Of a stretch of 64,000 bases of DNA, positions 59,428-64,000 are shown in pieces. The first letter of the stretch is position 1, and each line of letters opens with the position of its first letter. Below the pieces are notes generated by a model. That model was not told where the DNA came from. It saw only the letters and a program-made list of their open reading frames with translations, and did no database searches. The stretch is from positions 96,001 through 160,000 of the IMG/VR virus record IMGVR_UViG_3300035498_000371; one strand, given 5' to 3'. Made by a program: the position numbers and the translations under genes. The DNA comes from a virus. Taxonomy: Duplodnaviria; Caudoviricetes.

Positions 59428-60450
59428 TTATTTAATCCATCTAAGCCTATAATCATAATAATTTCTAGACCCTTCTGGAGATCTTCTTTTAGATCTTGCA
59501 TCCTGTGCTATCTTAACTATAGGAAGTTTTACCCATTCATTATTAACAGCATTGATCTTGGCATTCCACGTATCGGCGAGAGTATAATTACTGCCAGCAT
59601 AGGATTCTACCAATCTATTAAATTCTTTTATATCCAATGGATTATTATCTTCAACAAACTGAGCATGAAATGATAAAGAAAATTTACCAAAATCAGTTGG
59701 ATCACTAAAGTCACTTCTTGGAACTCCAGTAAAATAAACTCCTGTAAGCTTAGCGAAATATAAAATTGTTTCGCCGTCATCTCCAACCAAGAATTTATAT
59801 ACAGAGAACTGATCTGAAACTATATTAGATTCGATGTATTTCTTAAATGGTGAATGCTCTCCAGTTTTGGTTCTTCTTACGTATTCATCATAAGCCTTAA
59901 CCAAAGAATACACTTCAAGATATGCAGTATCATTAATGCTAAGAGTAAAATCATAGCCATTATCTGACTTATAACTATGACCCCTCAAAGTTAATTCTAC
60001 ACCCATAATATTAGATGTAGTATTTTGAGACTCCGCAGATATATCTGGAAGATCTAGCTTAGATGTTACTGCATTACTAAGCAATACCATAAATGGGCTT
60101 TTAATTGCTGAAGGGCAATAAGTTTGTTGTAGTTGCCATAAAGCATAAGTATGACGATTTCTACCGTCCACAAAATATGGTATTTGAGATAGGTTTGTTG
60201 TAAGCTCTGAATTGCTATTACTGAAGATATTAAGATCTGGTTTGGTAAAGAACAGATATTCTCTAATTACATTCTCTTTATCAAACGGATCTAAATATCC
60301 AAACCTATTAAATTTAGTATACCATTTTATAGCGTCTTTTGAAAAGAACTGATTGGCAGCAAGAACTTTACTTGAGTCTTCTATGGTAAAACTTTTATTG
60401 TCATATGAAAAAGTTCCGTTGCCATTTAATGGGTCCATCTGTTTAGACAT
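59428..60450 (-). CDS. Virion structural protein (tail-tube/baseplate-like)
   Basis: YLFFTKPDLN..LPD..FAKLTGVYFTGVP; late motif 60472-60484. Confidence 0.55.
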   Translation of the reverse strand: MSKQMDPLNGNGTFSYDNKSFTIEDSSKVLAANQFFSKDAIKWYTKFNRFGYLDPFDKENVIREYLFFTKPDLNIFSNSNSELTTNLSQIPYFVDGRNRHTYALWQLQQTYCPSAIKSPFMVLLSNAVTSKLDLPDISAESQNTTSNIMGVELTLRGHSYKSDNGYDFTLSINDTAYLEVYSLVKAYDEYVRRTKTGEHSPFKKYIESNIVSDQFSVYKFLVGDDGETILYFAKLTGVYFTGVPRSDFSDPTDFGKFSLSFHAQFVEDNNPLDIKEFNRLVESYAGSNYTLADTWNAKINAVNNEWVKLPIVKIAQDARSKRRSPEGSRNYYDYRLRWIK

Positions 60451-60652
60451 AATTTACGCCTCCTCTCTAAATTACAATAATGTTTCAGCCATGGGGTTTT
60501 ACACAATCAATATAAAAGATTTTATAATAATATATTATAAAATCGAAAGGAGTTCTACAATTTAAAATAAGAAGGGGTTACGTTATCATGAAAAGAAATC
60601 ATCTACCTGCACATGCAAGTCGTAAGTTTTACAAAATCTTAATTAAGGAAGG

Positions 60653-60898
60653 ATGATTTCAAATAAAATGAGTGGTTACAGCAAGTATACAACATTAGGT
60701 GGACTAAATCCATATTACGTAAATGATCAGTGCGAGGAGACTGATAGAAATTCCAACTTATCATATATCTATGATGCGACTAGAGCGCATCAATTAGCGA
60801 CATATGAATCACGATTAGAATTTTTACAGCTTCATAGCAGTTCTACTGACGAATACGAAATGGCTAAAGCCGTGCTAGGTATACAAGAGCATAAATAG
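60653..60898 (+). CDS. Small hypothetical protein
   Basis: ORF coupled by ATGA overlap to a 22-aa upstream ORF (60588-60656); early motif 60531. Confidence 0.45.
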   Translation: MISNKMSGYSKYTTLGGLNPYYVNDQCEETDRNSNLSYIYDATRAHQLATYESRLEFLQLHSSSTDEYEMAKAVLGIQEHK

Positions 60899-60999
60899 AA
60901 ATTTATCTTAAGAAACTAATAAATATAAGAGCGTAATCCCTTTTCTTATATTTTTTTACGTTAAAACATAAGATTAAATACCGAAAGGAGGTTAAATTC

Positions 61000-62445
61000 A
61001 TGATTAACGAGAGTCAAAGAATACATGAGACGATTGTTAGGGATGTCTATGATGTAATTAATAATGTAAAAGACTTTGATGAAGTTGAGTGGGTTCGTAA
61101 AAGAAATAACACTGGATCGATCGCTCGTAGAGCATCAAACTTAGTCTTAGTCTTCCCAGTGATTGCATCAAGTTCTCTGTCAATACAGACAGCTACAATA
61201 ATTTCGAAAGCAATCGAGAGGAAGTGTGTATCACTTCTTCAGATTCTTTTCAGTTCCATGCAGCTCTCTGATGCAGATAATCTATATGATTACCTGAAGC
61301 AGTTCCATACAAATCTTGATCTTAGATCAGGATTAACTCTTGATGACTTCATTAGCACAATAGATACTCTTGCTGATGAGGGAGCTATCACTATTACTGA
61401 TAGAGAGGCTTATGAGGCTGTTAAAGAAGATATGCATAATATCAACTTCTATCTTGATACGGAATATAATCCTAGAGCTATTAGCGATTATCGTGTTAAG
61501 AAAAATATCTATGGAGAATCTACAGTTGCTCTTAACGAAGAGACTTGGAAACCGAATGCTCATACAAGAACGACTGGTGTTGGGGCTACTGTTACGCCGC
61601 CATTATCAACTCAACCACCAACAGAGGTTCGCAATGTTGCAACTGCAGCAAATGTAAATCATGCAAGTATCAAAGAAAAGCTTATGGGTAAAGCTGCTAG
61701 CAGTGGTGCTGGTGGGGGAAGTGGTAGCAGAGGTAGTTCTAAAGTTAATCTTGCGAACAAGGATACGACTGATTACTTTAGATTCCAACTTACGCAGGCA
61801 GACATTGATAAGGCTAATGAGCTTATGCCTACAACGATGATCGTAAACTTCATTTCTTCTAAAGACGGACAGAAGATTCAGATGGCAGGAGTTATTGGAG
61901 TTAAAGCAAAACTCTATCCAGTTGATTCAATGGATATTGTAACAAGAGTATCTTCTAAGTATAAAGATTCTAACGGGTTATTTAATCTCGTTAGAGCATC
62001 TACTCGTGAGATTTCTTTTTTCAAAGATTTAGCATTTGCCATTGATAAGGCTAAAATCGATGCTATTAATATGGCTAGAGAGTCTAACAATGCTAAGATG
62101 TTTAAAGTCCTTGAGAGAAGAGCTGCAAAGAACAGATTTTCAACTCTGTTGAAGAAGAATGATGCTTCTCCAATCACTTCTCTTGTAATTTCTCAAGAGG
62201 AAGTAGAGTACTTAAAGAAGTATAATTCTATTGATATGGAGAAATCTTATGTAACAAGAAGTATTCTGGAGAGATATAATCTGATGGATATTGTTATCGC
62301 AGATGAATCTCTTGAGACTGCAAAATTCTTATTTGATGATGGTGATAGCGTATTCGAAACGTTACCGTTTGATGCTTTAGAGAAACAGGCTAAAGATTCA
62401 TCATATAAGAAAGTAATAAATCTTATGAGCAGGTTAAATCGTTAA
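61000..62445 (+). CDS. Virion structural (head-associated) protein
   Basis: Late motif 60965; INE|S, IHE|T, LNE|E motifs. Confidence 0.6.
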   Translation: MINESQRIHETIVRDVYDVINNVKDFDEVEWVRKRNNTGSIARRASNLVLVFPVIASSSLSIQTATIISKAIERKCVSLLQILFSSMQLSDADNLYDYLKQFHTNLDLRSGLTLDDFISTIDTLADEGAITITDREAYEAVKEDMHNINFYLDTEYNPRAISDYRVKKNIYGESTVALNEETWKPNAHTRTTGVGATVTPPLSTQPPTEVRNVATAANVNHASIKEKLMGKAASSGAGGGSGSRGSSKVNLANKDTTDYFRFQLTQADIDKANELMPTTMIVNFISSKDGQKIQMAGVIGVKAKLYPVDSMDIVTRVSSKYKDSNGLFNLVRASTREISFFKDLAFAIDKAKIDAINMARESNNAKMFKVLERRAAKNRFSTLLKKNDASPITSLVISQEEVEYLKKYNSIDMEKSYVTRSILERYNLMDIVIADESLETAKFLFDDGDSVFETLPFDALEKQAKDSSYKKVINLMSRLNR

Positions 62446-62463
62446 GGAAGGAGGAATAAAACA

Positions 62464-63579
62464 ATGAGTTCAAATAACCAATATGTTTCTGGTGTATTTA
62501 CTGGAAACGTTGTAGAGCAGGCTAACACTTTAAAGAGTTTTGATCCTTCAACCATATATAGATCTAAGCAGTTCAATGAAGCTATGGAATATTTCGATAA
62601 GACTGATGATCTTACAAGGAATATTCTATTATCTGTAAATGAAGCAGATCAAAATGCTGTAATGACTTCTCTGTCTAATAAACTCTATCAGCATATCGTT
62701 GATAAAGTTGATGATATCGATTTTGGTACAATTCCTTTATCGAAGGGAGATATTACTCAGATTGATAATTATGACAAGCTGGTTGATTGTATCGATATTA
62801 TCACAAAGATATTGGTAAGTTATCATCAGCCTACAGAACCAACCATTGGCGTTGTAAGTATGGCTTTACAGAATATGATCGATAGAACCGACATGTTCAC
62901 TAAGGCTTATAAGCTTAACGTTGAGATGCCTATAATCATTTATAATACTATTGCTTTATCTATCGTAAGCTCTGTATCATTTATGATTTCTTCATGCATC
63001 GAATTCATTAAGCTCCCAGATGATGAAGGGTTCTCTTTAGCAGTCGATAAAGCTGCTTTGAATAAATCTAAAGACAATCTCTTATTTACAGATCTTGCTA
63101 AATTCAACAAGATGTGTGGAAGCGGTGAACTTGATAAGGCTATGGATTTCATCTTTACAAACAATGCTAAAGGCTTAACAGGAAGTGGAGCTGTTTTGGC
63201 GTTCAACGCTAGCTCTGTTGCAGTATCATTAGGATTAGTTCTTTTGATTATTCCTGTAATAAGAGAGTTAATCTTCTTCTTCTATTACAGTCGTACTAGA
63301 GTAGCAGATTACTTTGATGCTCAGGCTTCATTGCTACAGATGAATGCTTATAATGTAGAGAATAATCTCTCTAGAGAACCAAAGACAAGAAAAGAGATTG
63401 CTGCAAAGCAACGTAAAGTGGCAGACTTCTTTAAGAAGATTGCTAATACTATCAAAATCCAGAATAAGTCTGGTGAGAGAGACGCACAGAAAGAGATTAA
63501 AGAGTTGAATACTAAAAAATATAAGCATAATGAAGTGCTTGATTCTATCCCAGATTCATCTAACTCTGTTCTTTTTTAG
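62464..63579 (+). CDS. Virion structural protein
   Basis: Same operon; FNE|A, VNE|A; hydrophobic segment LVLLIIPVIRELIFFFY. Confidence 0.6.
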   Translation: MSSNNQYVSGVFTGNVVEQANTLKSFDPSTIYRSKQFNEAMEYFDKTDDLTRNILLSVNEADQNAVMTSLSNKLYQHIVDKVDDIDFGTIPLSKGDITQIDNYDKLVDCIDIITKILVSYHQPTEPTIGVVSMALQNMIDRTDMFTKAYKLNVEMPIIIYNTIALSIVSSVSFMISSCIEFIKLPDDEGFSLAVDKAALNKSKDNLLFTDLAKFNKMCGSGELDKAMDFIFTNNAKGLTGSGAVLAFNASSVAVSLGLVLLIIPVIRELIFFFYYSRTRVADYFDAQASLLQMNAYNVENNLSREPKTRKEIAAKQRKVADFFKKIANTIKIQNKSGERDAQKEIKELNTKKYKHNEVLDSIPDSSNSVLF

Positions 63580-63685
63580 TTAAATCCTATAACATATAAA
63601 TAATTTATAGGAATCTTCAGCCTTTTCCTATATAATTTAAACTTCGTAAAAGAAAATATATAAAAGATAAAGGAGGTTTATTGCT

Positions 63686-64000
63686 ATGATTTTTAGTAAT
63701 AACAGTACTGCTCTGGGTGCTGGAAGCATTCCTATGGCAGAAGGTTACGATTGTTCTTTCGGACCTGCACTTGCCCTCGTTGAAGGAGCAAGAAATGATT
63801 ATGCAATGTTCCGCGCAATGCTTAATGTAGAGTCCCGTGAGTTGCAGATTAGAAATGAATCTGCTGGTTATGTTACTGAGGGTGAGATTGCTGCTCTTCA
63901 GGAAGCTACAGGATCTGGCATCTGGACTAAGATCAAAGAGCTTTTCAGCAAACTGGTTGCCAAGATTAAGGCAATCTTCCATAACTTTATGGCTAAGCTT
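63686..64000 (+). CDS. Internal head protein-like, truncated by window edge
   Basis: Manual translation MIFSNN..LVEG..RNES..VTEG..LQEA-TGSGIWTKIKELFSKLVAKIK: propeptide plus amphipathic helix as in phiKZ-type inner head proteins; late motif 63591. Confidence 0.7.
   Translation, partial: MIFSNNSTALGAGSIPMAEGYDCSFGPALALVEGARNDYAMFRAMLNVESRELQIRNESAGYVTEGEIAALQEATGSGIWTKIKELFSKLVAKIKAIFHNFMAKL

Noticed and set aside
63617-63982. 121-aa minus-strand ORF
   Set aside because: Antisense to the plus-strand gene starting at 63686
1-64000. DGR template repeat or reverse transcriptase in this window
   Set aside because: No second copy of the VR and no RT motifs seen by eye
1-64000. CRISPR array, tRNA or rRNA genes, stop-codon reassignment
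   Set aside because: No repeat-spacer periodicity or cloverleafs seen; genes are intact in code 11 and RtcB ends normally at TAG

Overview
AT-rich, densely coding 64 kb segment of a jumbo myovirus of the phiKZ/AR9-PBS1 type that encodes its own multisubunit RNA polymerase. The host is probably a Firmicute (Clostridia-like), judged from strong AGGAGG RBSs and CHAP, SH3b and lipoprotein genes; the code is standard table 11. Contents: (i) an RNAP beta'-like exon split by a group I intron carrying an HNH homing endonuclease; (ii) early accessory genes, including a likely diversity-generating retroelement (DGR) target whose RT and template repeat are not in the window, an rtcB-prfH pair, NADAR, SLOG, a stand-alone sigma-4 domain and a possible dead prohead-protease homologue; (iii) late genes: baseplate proteins, a 4181-aa tape-measure/lysin, RusA and head proteins. 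Two promoter motifs are readable by eye: early TATA(T/A)TATA and late NAC(A/T)-N6-TAA. Best candidate for an undescribed system: late-expressed polyproteins in which unrelated enzyme domains (nuclease, kinase, ART-like, GNAT, phosphoesterase, HAD, papain-like) are separated by hydrophobic-x-E|S/A/T motifs also found in the head proteins, suggesting protease-released, swappable virion cargo. Two candidate small RNAs were also seen. All family assignments are by-eye motif recognition; no searches were run.
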